From: Octopus sinensis
Lineage: Eukaryota
Reading direction: 5' to 3'
Assembly (NCBI RefSeq): GCF_006345805.1
Contig: NC_043025.1
Location: 13,082,001 to 13,146,000 of the forward strand
Length of the DNA stretch: 64,000 nt
The position numbers and the translations under genes were made by a program. Under the pieces are notes generated by a model. The model was not told where the DNA came from. It ran no database searches and saw only the letters and a list, made by a program, of their open reading frames with translations. Below are positions 50,513-61,694 of the stretch, piece after piece. Positions within the stretch are counted from its first letter, which is position 1. Every line of letters begins with the position of its first letter.

Positions 50513-50585
50513 CGAGGACGGTCATGTATTCGTCGAACTTTTCGCTGCTTTCCAGAATCCATTTTCCTGCTAAACCTGATGCCAT
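50513..50585 (-). CDS. FABP: FABP exon 1 coding part (73 nt): MASGLAGKWILESSEKFDEYMTVL(G)
   Basis: Kozak gaaaccATGG, G.W.L..SE.FD.YM..LG signature, donor G|GTGAGT, and the canonical 73 nt length. Confidence 0.97.
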
Positions 50586-50721
50586 GGTTTCTTCAGATGC
50601 GGCAGCGGACCGAAAGAAAACTGATGGAGATGAAGGATGGAGATGGAGAGAGAGGAAGACCCAGAGAGAGAGAGAGAGAGAGGCAGGAGGCAAGTAGTTC
50701 TCGTCGGGTATACAGGGTGAC

Positions 50722-50757
50722 AACTGAGCTACCCGGGACAGTCTCTTATATATATAT
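50722..50757 (-). promoter_or_regulatory. FABP core promoter (TATA box plus initiator)
   Basis: Minus-strand TATATATATAAG at 50756-50745 and TCAGTT Inr with A(+1) at 50725. Predicted 140 nt 5'UTR with no upstream ATG. Confidence 0.7.
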
Positions 50758-50854
50758 CATCAAGCACACGTATTGACGAGTGTATGTGTGTATGTGTGTA
50801 TACGCATAGTGATGGGGGGTGAGTGTATATTAGTAATATAGGCTAAAAGGGGAA

Positions 50855-50887
<33 letters not shown>

Positions 50888-52354
50888 AGAGATAGGTGTT
50901 CGTTCTAAACGTTCTTATCTATATCTTTCTTCCTCTCTCTCTCTCTCTCTCACGTTCTATATCTTTCTCTTTTTCTCTATATCGTTAACTCTATGTCTCT
51001 CTATCTCTCTTTTCCCCCCTCTCTTTGGCTTTCTCGTTGTCTCTAACTTTCACTTTCTCTCTCATTCGCAGCCCTTCCTCCTACTTCCACCATTTCCTCT
51101 CGTTCTTCTCTCTATCGTTCACTTTCTCCCTTTCTCTCTCTATCTATTCCACTCTCTCTCTCTCTCTCTATGTATCCCCATCCATTTCTTCTCCCTGCCC
51201 CCTCCCCCTCGTTTCTCTCTAATTCACCCCCCCCCCCCGCAGTCTAACCCTTCTTTCCACTCGTCAAAGACACTGCGAGGGTGACACAGCAACCCTAATC
51301 TCTGACCTCTGACCTTTAAGACAACGGGAGAGTGGAAGAGGGAGGTGGAAGATAACAAGCAGACGACACTCACACAAATATGTATGTAAATGTATGAATA
51401 TGTGTGTGTGTTTATACGTATGTATATATATGTGTGTGTGTGTCGTCTGGCACAAAGGGAGGGGGACGGTGAAACAAAGAATTAAATGCTGGATGATGAC
51501 GTAGCCTGGTGATAAAGCATTAAAGGGGGAGGAAAAAGGAGCGAAATGAGGATAAGGCACAGGAATTCACAGAAGGAGAGAGGGAGAAGGGTGAAGTGAC
51601 TACTGAAAGATAAAGGGAGAGAGGGAAGGTGAAGGAAATGATAGGGTTGAGATCGAGAAGAAGAGAGAGGATGGGGGAAAAGAGTAGAATGGATAGAGAG
51701 AAAGGAGAAGGGAAGAGAGTAAAAGAGCTACTGAAAGAGAGGGGGAGGGAGGAAAAGCGTAAAGTGATATAGAGATAAAGAATGAGGAGGAGGAGAAGGT
51801 GAAGGGTAGAAAGTAAAGAAGGAGGGAAAGAGAGAGAATAGAAAAGATAGGAGGGAGGAGCAAAGAGGAGGAGGAGGAGGGCTGCAGCTGCTGTAAAACG
51901 AGATGAAAAGAGAGGAACAAAGAGTGTATGGGAGGAAGTAGAAGTGGAAAGAGGGAAAGAGAGAAAGATAGATTTCATAAAGGAAGGGGGAAAGAGAGAA
52001 ACGAATTATGTAGAAAGAAGGGGAGGTGATGCAAGAGGTAGCGTCACGTGGTGTCTCCCGCGCCCGTCTGATTGCTTGTGGCGCGTTATTTGTAAAAGTG
52101 TTTTACGCCCGCTTCTTGTAGTAGACGAAATAAGGCCATTCCCGTCGTGACCATCCTATCCTATATTCAGAAACAGTATATCTAGGACTGCATAATACAA
52201 TGTAACCAAGTGTGGTTTGCGGAAGATGTTGGCTGTTATTGATTCTACCTCTTAACTTTTACAGACTGGCCGTCTCCTCGTGTCTCTTGAAACAGGACAT
52301 TGACAGCTGAGGGATAAAAATTACGAGGGATCGTATTTATGGACGCGACATGAG

Positions 52355-53112
52355 GGCTGGCAGAAACGTTAGCACGCCGTTACGTTCTGAGTTCAAATTC
52401 TGCCGAGGTCGACTTTGCCTTTCATTCTTTCGAGGTCGATAAATTAAGTACCAGTTACGCACTGGGGTCGATGTAATCGACTTAATCCGTTTTTTTCCCC
52501 CTCTGTGTTTAGTCCCTTGTGGGTAATAAATAGATTTCCAGTTCTTTCTTTATATTAACATCTGATTGGTTTATAGACAAGGAACAAGCGTTACTATGAA
52601 GGTAAGAAGCTTGCTTCCCAACCGTGTGGTTATGGGTTCATTACCACTGCGTCGCAAGACTCCTATTTCGCGTTGGTCCAGTCCACACAGCTGGCAAAAG
52701 TGATTAGTAAATCTGTTTTTCAAAGGGGCCAGCCATGTCACACTCTGTGTCATGCTGAATCTCCCTGAGAACTACATTGACGTTCTGAGTTCAAATTCCG
52801 CCGAGGTCGACTTTGCCTTTCATCCTTTCGGGGTCGATAAATTAAGTACCAGTTACGCACTGAGGCCGATGTAATCGACTTAATCCATTTGTCTGTCCTT
52901 GTTTGTCCTCTCTGTGTTTAGCCCCTTTTGGGTAGTAAAAAAATAGGTATTTCGTCCATCGCTACGTTCTGAGTTCAAATTCCACCGAGGTCGACTTTGC
53001 CTTTCATCCTTTCGGGGTCGATTAAATAAGTACCAGTTACGCACTAGGGTAGATCTAATCCATTTCTCTGTCCCCTCTGTGTTTAGCCCCTTGTGGGTAG
53101 TAAAGAAATAGA
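52355..53112 (+). mobile_element. Cluster of three to four SINE family 3 bodies
   Basis: ACGTTCTGAGTTCAAATTC...CTTTGCCTTTCAT(C/T)CTTTCG recurs at about 52382, 52780 and 52965. Confidence 0.85.
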
Positions 53113-53504
53113 TTTCCAGTTCTTTCTTTATATTAACATCTGATTGGTTTATATACAAGGCACAAGCGTTACTATGAAGGTAAGAAGCTTGCTTCCCAAC
53201 AGTTTATTTTGCCGAACCGCTAAGTTACGGAGAGGTAAACACACCAACATCGGTTGTCAAGTGATGGTGGGTGGACAAACACAGGCACACAAACATATAC
53301 ATATATATATATAACTAAAAGAAGGCCTTTGTATATTTGCAATTTGTTCATGGTTTGGGTCCTGTCAAGGGTCTTCTCTCTGTGTATAAATCATTATACA
53401 CTCTTATACATACATATATAAGCAACAAAAATGACTCCGGCAATTTGGTACGATTGTTTCGCACTACAACATTTTATTAAAAGTTGTAAGTATTACAGCA
53501 GATA

Positions 53505-53736
53505 TATATACTCTTTACTCTTTTACTCTTTTACTTGTTTCAGTCATTTAACTGCGGCCATGCTGGAGCACCGCCTTTAATCGAGCAACTCGACCCCTGG
53601 ACTTATTCTTTTGTAAGCCCAGTACTTATTCTATCGGTCTCTTTTGCCGAACCGCTAAGTGACGGGGACATAAACACACCAGCATCGGTTGTCAAGCAAT
53701 GCTAGGGGGACAAACACAGACACACAAACACACACA

Positions 53737-53774
<38 letters not shown>

Positions 53775-54175
53775 CATATATTCGACGGGCTTCTTTCAGT
53801 TTTCCGTTTACCAAATCCACTCACAAGGCTTTGGTCGGCCCGGGGCTATAGCAGAAGACACTTGCCCAAGGTGCCACGCAGTGGGACTGAACCAGGAACC
53901 ATGTGGTTGGTTAGCAAGCTACTTACCACACAGCCACTCCTGCGCCTATATATATATATATATACGACAGGAAAGCGGACGTTAAACGATGATGATGATG
54001 ATGATGATGACGACAGGCTTCTTTCAGTTTCCGTCTACCAAATCCACTTACAAGGCTTTGGTCGGCCTGGGGCTATAGTAGTAGACACTTGCCTGAGATG
54101 CCAACGCAGTGGGACTGAACCCGGAACCATGTGGTTGGTAAGCAAGCTACTTACCACCCACCACTCCTGCGCCTA
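53505..54175 (-). mobile_element. SINE family 1 (full length) plus an extra head, separated by a ~50 bp RTE tail
   Basis: Full copy at 53505-53948, GAAAGCGGACGTTAAACGATGATGATG at about 53970-54010, second head at 54013-54175. Confidence 0.85.
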
Positions 54176-54304
54176 TTATCATCACATATACTAGGTAAAT
54201 CATAGCTGGGACCCTGACAGTCGGTACTACTTGGGGTCAGAGCAGACCAGGGAACAACAGTGGGTTGTGATATATGATTAAAGATGTGAATTGAGGTCAA
54301 TATA

Positions 54305-54622
54305 GGAACACTTCGTCGGTTGCGACGACGAGGGTCCCAGCTGATACGATCAACGGAATAGCCTGCTCGTGAAATTAGCATGTAAGTGGCTGAGTACTCC
54401 ACAGACACGTGTACTCTTAACGTAGTTCTCGGGGAGATTCAGCATGACACAGTATGTGACAAGGTTGGCCCCTTTCAATTACTGGTACAACTCATTTTTG
54501 CCAGCTGTGTGGACTGGAGCAACGTGAAGTAAAATGACTCAAGGGCACAAAGCGCCGCTGAGAATTGAACTCACGACCTTATGTTCATGAGCCGAATGCC
54601 CTATCCGCTAAGCTACGCACCT
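54305..54622 (-). mobile_element. CORE-type SINE carrying tail A
   Basis: tRNA-like head (GAGTTCAATTC), CORE-like block (CCCTTGAG...CACGTTGCTCCAGTCCAC), and the same tail as 29395-29570. Confidence 0.7.
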
Positions 54623-54701
54623 TCATTGAGGTCAATATATAATGACTGATGAAAAAGGGGTGGAGGTGCATTTAAGGGAACACACACTGTGATGGTGACA
54701 A

Positions 54702-54751
<50 letters not shown>

Positions 54752-54759
54752 CCACTGTG

Positions 54760-55465
54760 CTTGAGGGGACCTATTGAGTCAAGGACATCAACATCAAAAA
54801 ATCAATAGGAAATTGTAGTTGTGATACCTGTGCCGGTGGCACGTAAAATGCACCATCCAAATGTGGCCGATGCTAGCACCGCCTTGACTGGCTTCTGTGC
54901 TGGTGGCACGTAAAAAGCACCAACCGATCGTGGCCGTTGCCAGCCTCCCCTGGCACCTCTGCTGGTGGCACGTAAAAAGCACCAACCGATCGTGGCCGTT
55001 GCCAGCCTCCCCTGGCACCTGTGCTGGTGGCACGAAAAAAGCACCAACCGATCGTGGCCGTTGCCAGCCTCCCCGGCACCTGTGCTGGTGGCACGTAAAA
55101 AGCACCAACCGATCGTGGCCGTTGCCAGCCTCCCCTGGCACCTGTGCCGGTGGCATGTAAAAAGCACCAACCGATCGTGGCCGTTGCCAGCCTCGCCTGG
55201 CACGTAAAGAGCACCAACCGATCGTGGCCGTTGCCAGCCTCGCCTGGCACCTGTGCCGGTGGCACGTAAAGAGCACCAACCGATCGTGGCCGTTGCCAGC
55301 CTCGCCTGACACCTGTGCCGGTGGCACGTAAAAAGCACCCACTACAGTCACGGAGTGGTTGGCGTTAGGAAGGGCATCCAGCTGTAGAAAACACTGCCAG
55401 ATCAGACTGGAGCCTGGTGCAGCTTCCTGGCTTCCCAGACCCCGGTCGAACCTTCCAATCCATGT
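54760..55465 (+). mobile_element. RTE 3'UTR containing an expanded ~61 bp tandem repeat
   Basis: Seven near-identical CAACCGATCGTGGCCGTTGCCAGCCTC units lie between standard upstream and downstream 3'UTR sequence. Confidence 0.9.
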
Positions 55466-55489
55466 TTTTAGTCAAGCAAATTGACCCCA

Positions 55490-55794
55490 GGAATGTTTCT
55501 TTAATTGTGTTTTACATTTTGTACAGAAAAACTTATGACATGAAGCTGTTGAGGTTTTGTCTATGATGGACTCTCCATCAAGAGTCTGAATAATCTTAAA
55601 CAAAATACTCTTCTACATATTTGACTTTATGGGCGCAGGAGTGGCTGTGTGCTAAGTAGCTTGCTTACGAACCACATGGTTCCGGGTTCAGTCCCACTGC
55701 GTGGCATCTTGGGCAAGTTTCTTCTACTATAGCCTCGGGCCGACCAAAGCCTTGTGAGTGGATTTGGCAGATGGAAACTGAAAGAAGCCCGTTG

Positions 55795-55827
<33 letters not shown>

Positions 55828-56017
55828 ATATATTTGCGTGTCTGTGTTTGTCCCCTCCCCCCAACATCGCTTGACAACCAATGCGGTTCTGCAAAAAGAC
55901 CGATAGAATAAGTGCTAGGCTTACAAAGAATAAGTCCCGGGGTCAATTTGCTTGACTAAAAGTGGTGCTCCAGCATGGCCACAGTCAAATGACTGAAACA
56001 AGTAAAAGAGTAAAAGA
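55490..56017 (+). repeat. First copy of a ~530 bp local duplication (flank plus SINE 1)
   Basis: Near-identical to 57841-58368, including a shared internal SINE deletion. Confidence 0.9.
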
Positions 56018-56233
56018 GCATGGAAAGCAGACGTTAAACAATGATGATGATATGGTAGATGGTAAGGTGAGAGGTATTGGAGTGGCTCGGGAAAGAGAAG
56101 AGATGATGTGCAAGAAGCAGGTTATTTCATTTATTTATAATTATTATCAAATGTCAAAGTCTTTTTATCACACATCTATGATCTGGCCACGGCGACACCA
56201 GTTTATCTTTCTCAGTCAAATTGTTCTCTTTCG

Positions 56234-57432
56234 TTAACAACCCGGCTGAAACCGGCTCTGGCTCTGTAGAACAAATGTCAATCTTCCACCAAACCTTAGT
56301 CACAATTTATGTTCCTAACACTAGCTGAATGATAACCAAGTTATTTTACTAAATTCTTTGTTATATTTAAAGTAATTGAAAGAAACACAGAGCATCTCAA
56401 CAGAAATCTGGTAACAAAAGGGTTAAAATATATAATAGAGAAACAATTCTTAACCCTTTTGATACCAACCTGGCTGAAACCACCTCTGGCTCTGTAGTAC
56501 AAATGTCTTGTTTTCATAAGTTTTGAATTAAAATCTTCCACCAAACCTTAGTCACAATTTATGTTCCTAACACTAGCTGAATGATAACCAAGTTATTTTA
56601 CTAAATTATTTGTTATATTTAAAGTAATTGAAAGAAACAGAGCATCTTAACAGAAGAAATATGGTAACAAAAGGGTTAAGATATATAATAGAGAACAATT
56701 CGTAACCCTTTTGATACCAACCTGGTTGAAACCACCTCTGGCTCTGTAGTACAATGTCTTGTTTTCATAAGTTTTGAATTAAAATCTTCCACCAACCTTA
56801 GTCACAATTTATGTTCTTAACACTAGCTGAATGATAACCAAGTTATTTTACTAAATTCTTTGTTATATTTAAAATCAATTGAAAGAAACACAGAGCATTT
56901 CAAAATAAATACAGTAACGAAAGGGTTAAGATATATAATAGAGAAACAATTCTTAACCCTTTTGATACCAACCTGGTTTAAACCACCTCTGGCTCTGGGT
57001 ACAAATGTTTTGTTTTCATAAGTTCTGGATTAAAATCTTCCACCAAACCTTAGTCACAATTTATGTTCTTAACACTAGCTGAATGATAACTAAGTTATTT
57101 TACTAAATTCTTTGTTATATTTAAAATCAATTGAAAGAAACACAGAGCATTTCAAAATAAATACAGTAACGAAAGGTTAAGATATATAATAGAGAAACAA
57201 TTCTTAACCCTTTTGATACCAACCTGGTTTAAACTACCTCTGGCTCTGGGTACAAATGTTTTGTTTTTCATAATTTTGAATTAAAATCTTCCACCAAACC
57301 TTAGTCACAATTTATGTTCCTAACACTAGCTGAATGATAACTAAGTTATTTTACTAAATTCTTTGTTATATTTAAAGTAATTGAAAGAAACACGGAGCAT
57401 CTCAACAGAAATATGGTAATGAAAGGCTTAAT
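56234..57432 (-). mobile_element. Tandem array of five TTAA piggyBac-like MITE units
   Basis: Reverse complement of the unit and spacer seen at 35558-36525. Confidence 0.85.
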
Positions 57433-57840
57433 AAACTTGACAACTTCAACTGGTAACACAGACAGTAGTGGCACTGACATAAAGCATAGCGGATTGGGGT
57501 ACTGGCTCTGTATATTGTGAACAGGGTCAGTGACATCGCAAACACTAAATATAGCAGATGGTGTCACTGGCACTACAGATGGTGGAGGGAGGTACCACTG
57601 ATAAAAGACAGGGGCATTGACATGAAATATAGCAAATTGGGGTACTGGCTCTGTATATTGTGGACAGGGCCAGTGACATCGCAAACAGCTGACTGTGACA
57701 CAGATACTAAATATAGCAGATGGTGAGACTGGTACTCCAGATGGTGGATGGTGATACAGACATCTTAGATCAGTGGTTCTCAACCCCAACTCTCAGGGTC
57801 ACACATGGCCCTCTGGGATCTTTCCTTCTATAAATATAAT

Positions 57841-58146
57841 AAATGTTTCTTTAATTGTGTTTTACATTTTGTACAGAAAAATTTATGACATGAAGCTGTT
57901 GAGGTTTTGTTCTATGATGGACTCTCCCATCAAGAGTCTGAATAATCTTAAACAATATACTCTTCTACATATTTGACTTTATAGGCGCAGGAGTGGCTGT
58001 GTGGTAAGTAGCTTGCTTACGAACCACATGGTTCCGGGTTCAGTCCCACTGCGTGGCATCTTGGGCAAGTGTCTTCTGCTATAGCCCCGGGCCGACCAAT
58101 GCCTTGTGAGTGGATTTGGTAGACGGAAACTGAAAGAAGCCCGTTG

Positions 58147-58191
<45 letters not shown>

Positions 58192-58368
58192 TTGCGTGTC
58201 TGTGTTTGTCCCCTCCCCCCAATATCGCTTGACAACCGATGCGGTTCTGCAAAAAGACCGATAGAATAAGTGCTAGGCTTACAAAGAATAAGTCCTGGGG
58301 TCAATTTGCTTGACTAAAAGTGGTGCTCCAGCATGGCCACAGTCAAATGACTGAAACAAGTAAAAGAG
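57841..58368 (+). repeat. Second copy of the ~530 bp duplication, preceded by a hAT-like terminus
   Basis: See 55490-56017; CAGTGGTTCTCAACC at about 57771. Confidence 0.9.
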
Positions 58369-59279
58369 CATATATATATATATATGTGTGTGTGTGTATA
58401 TATATATATTTATTTATACACACACACACACATGCAGCTACACATACCATCAGAGTGCAATGAAACTGTATTCTATCATGATACCATTTTGTGCTCGGTG
58501 GTATGGTGTGGAAAGGATATCTGTGGTTGAGATTTAGCTTCTATTTCTAGCAACTGAGGTGACTACGGAGGTTCTCCTCCAAATGCAATGGAGCCAGCGT
58601 AATGGTAGCAAATGTTGGTGGTGGTGGTGGTAGTGGTGGTAGTGGTGGTGGTGGTTGCATTGGTGACAATGTTTTGTCAAGGAGATAACAACAGGGTGAC
58701 AAGGTCCAAGGAAATCACTCTAACATCAAACGGGGTCACACACCTCAGTTCCACCCTGCTACTACCCCCCCCCCGACTTCTCTCCCCCACACCCAACGCC
58801 ACCACCACCACCCTTCCTGCTCCTGCATTCGACGCCTCCCCCCTACATTCCTCCCACACCCAGATCCTACCTATCTCACCTGTATCAATGAGAGATAACA
58901 ATAAAAGCTGGGTGGTGTGGTGGGATGCAACACAGGGTGTCAGTGGGGTATGCAATACACAGAGATATGCAAGTAATGATTGGGGTGGGGTACCGGTGGT
59001 GTTGATGGAGGTGTCAGAGTGGTGATAGTGGTGGTGGTGGTGATGGTGGTGGTGATGACGGTGATGGTGGCGCCAGTGGTAGTGGTTGCATGAAATTTTG
59101 CATGAAAGTGGCCGGTTACTCGATATGGTTTTCTAGAGAAATTGTTTTATTAGATGCTTGCAAGAAGTGGGGCGATAGGGACTTCGAAGTTTTGGGGCTT
59201 GCTGGTCTTCAAACATATATGTGCCTAAGTGAATGTGTATGTGTGCATCTGTGTGTCTGCATGTACACACACACACAAA

Positions 59280-59329
59280 TGCACACACGTATATATATAT
59301 ATATATATATATAGATATATATATTATAT

Positions 59330-59376
<47 letters not shown>

Positions 59377-59591
59377 ATATATATATATATACATGTATAT
59401 ATATACATATAGATAGATAGATAGACAGATCCACACACGCACATAAATATATGCATGTGTATATATGCATGTATATATATGTATATATATATATGCATAT
59501 ATATATATATGCATATATATGTATATGTGTGTGTGTGCTGCATATATGTATCTATGTATATGCACATATATATATATATACATACATGTGC

Positions 59592-59635
<44 letters not shown>

Positions 59636-59745
59636 TATGTATATGCATGTATATATACATATACATGCATATACACACACATGCACACATACATAATATA
59701 TACATATATACACACACACACATGAATATATACATATACACAGCT
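59280..59745. repeat. Compound (TA)/(CA) microsatellite
   Basis: Seen directly. Confidence 0.95.
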
Positions 59746-59995
59746 GTGTGTAAGACCTTTGGTCTCCTCCCAAATCTTCAATGTTACCTTCTAGTAGTTG
59801 TCAAAGGTCACACTGTGCGGTGGAGGGGGTGGGGTGGGTGGGGTAGAGTGAAGATGGTGTAGGAGGGAGGGTGGGAGGGTGGGAGGGAGGGAGGGCAAGA
59901 TAGATGACAACAACAACAACAACCGGCATCCTCTTTATCTGGCTTAATTAGACTTTACAGCTTTGTCACCAGGGGCTGTCAAGTTTCTGGCAGGC

Positions 59996-60002
59996 CGCCA
60001 CC

Positions 60003-60041
<39 letters not shown>

Positions 60042-60223
60042 GCTACTACTACCACTGCCACTACTACCACCACCACCACTACTACTACTACTACCACCAC
60101 CACCACCACCACTACTACTACTACCACCACCACCACCACTACTGCTACTACTACTACCACTACTACTACTACCACCACCACCACCACTACTACAAACACT
60201 ACTACTACTACTACTACTACAAA

Positions 60224-60258
<35 letters not shown>

Positions 60259-60264
60259 TTGCTG

Positions 60265-60316
<52 letters not shown>

Positions 60317-60330
60317 CACTACCACCACCA
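59996..60330. repeat. (CAC/TAC)n trinucleotide microsatellite
   Basis: Seen directly. Confidence 0.95.
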
Positions 60331-60675
60331 CTGTAACCCTCTTCCCGCCTTCACCAACTGTCATCAACACACCACATCCCACCCGTCACCACACACACAC
60401 ACTCATTACTGCCACTGCAAAGCAGCTTATCACAACCACCATACTGTGTACCATCCACAGCCTTACCATTGTCACCCCCATCCTCACCACAACAACCACC
60501 ACCACCACACTCTTCGTCTGTGGGAATGACTGTGAAAGAAGAGACAGTAGTTAAAAGTGGAAATATCTTGGTTCATATTTAAATGTTCATACATACATAT
60601 ACAAATATTCATATATATGCATATATATATAATATATATATACACACTTATACACATACATATATATATATATAT

Positions 60676-60709
<34 letters not shown>

Positions 60710-61099
60710 AATATATATATTATATATATATAATATATATATATAATATATTATATGTAGAAAAATACAAACTGGGACGAGAACGTTGAAAACATTTAGA
60801 AAACGATACAAAAAACATGGACGGATCATTCGAAGCCTTCAATCTTCAGTCAAGAACCGGATCATCCTTGCAATTTCGGCTGATTAGCAAGGATGATCTG
60901 GTCCTTGACTGAAGATTGAAGGCTTATATATATATATATATATATATATATACGAACACACACACACATATATATGTATACACACACATATTTATATATA
61001 TTCATATACACACTTGTATATATATATATACACACACATATTGTATATATATATACACACACATATTTATATATATTCATATACACACTTGTGTATATA

Positions 61100-61675
61100 T
61101 ATACGAGGTGGTGAAGCACGACCTTCGAACTCTAGGTCTCACCAAGGAAATGCCCAGAGACCGAGACCTATGGAAGTATGCTGTGCATGAGAAGACCCGG
61201 CAAGACCAGTGAGAACAATCAAAATCAAATCATATATCAGAAAGCAGGGGTTAAGTGACCCATCCGTTCGTGTCCACTGTCAGCCTCGTCTGGCACCTGT
61301 GCCGGTGATATGTGAAAGCACCATTCGCTCGTGGCCGTTTGCCAGCTCTGCCTGGCCCCGTGTCGGTGCACGTAAAAGCACCGTCTGTTCGTGGCCGTTT
61401 GCCAGCTCTGTCTGGCCCCATGTCGGTGGCACATAAAAGCACCATCCGTTCGTGGCCGTTCGCCAGCTCTGTCTGGCACCTGTGCAGGTGGCACGTAAAA
61501 AACACCCACTACACTCGCGGAGTGGTTGGCGTTAGGAAGGGCATCCAGCCGTAGAAACACTGCCAGATCTGACTGGGCCTGACGAAGCCTTCTAGCTTCA
61601 CAGACCCCAGTTGACCCGTCCAACCCATGCTAGCATGAAAAGCGGACGCTAAATGATGATGATGATGATGATGAT
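61100..61675 (+). mobile_element. RTE LINE 3' fragment with about four diverged 3'UTR modules and a (GAT)n tail
   Basis: EVVKHDLRTLGLTKEMPRDRDLWKYAV, the modules, and the tail. Confidence 0.88.
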
Positions 61676-61694
61676 ATATATATATATATATATA

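Noticed and set aside
50586-50723. N-terminal extension of FABP suggested by the 74-aa ORF 50499..50723
   Set aside because: It starts at TTG next to the predicted transcription start and crosses a (CT)n tract. The ATG at 50585 has a good Kozak context and gives the canonical family N-terminus.
54830-55340. CRISPR-like repeat-spacer array
   Set aside because: The spacers are near-identical, the context is eukaryotic, there are no cas genes, and the array is embedded in an RTE 3'UTR.
59963-60529. 188-aa His/Tyr-rich ORF suggesting a structural or metal-binding protein
   Set aside because: Pure (CAC/TAC)n microsatellite with a non-ATG start, no signal peptide, and a poly-Val mirror ORF on the other strand.
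60790-60860. Hammerhead-ribozyme-like core (CTGAAGA...CGAAT) on the minus strand
   Set aside because: The GAAA core is GAAT here, and I could not build helices I-III convincingly. An Infernal/RNAMotif search would be needed.
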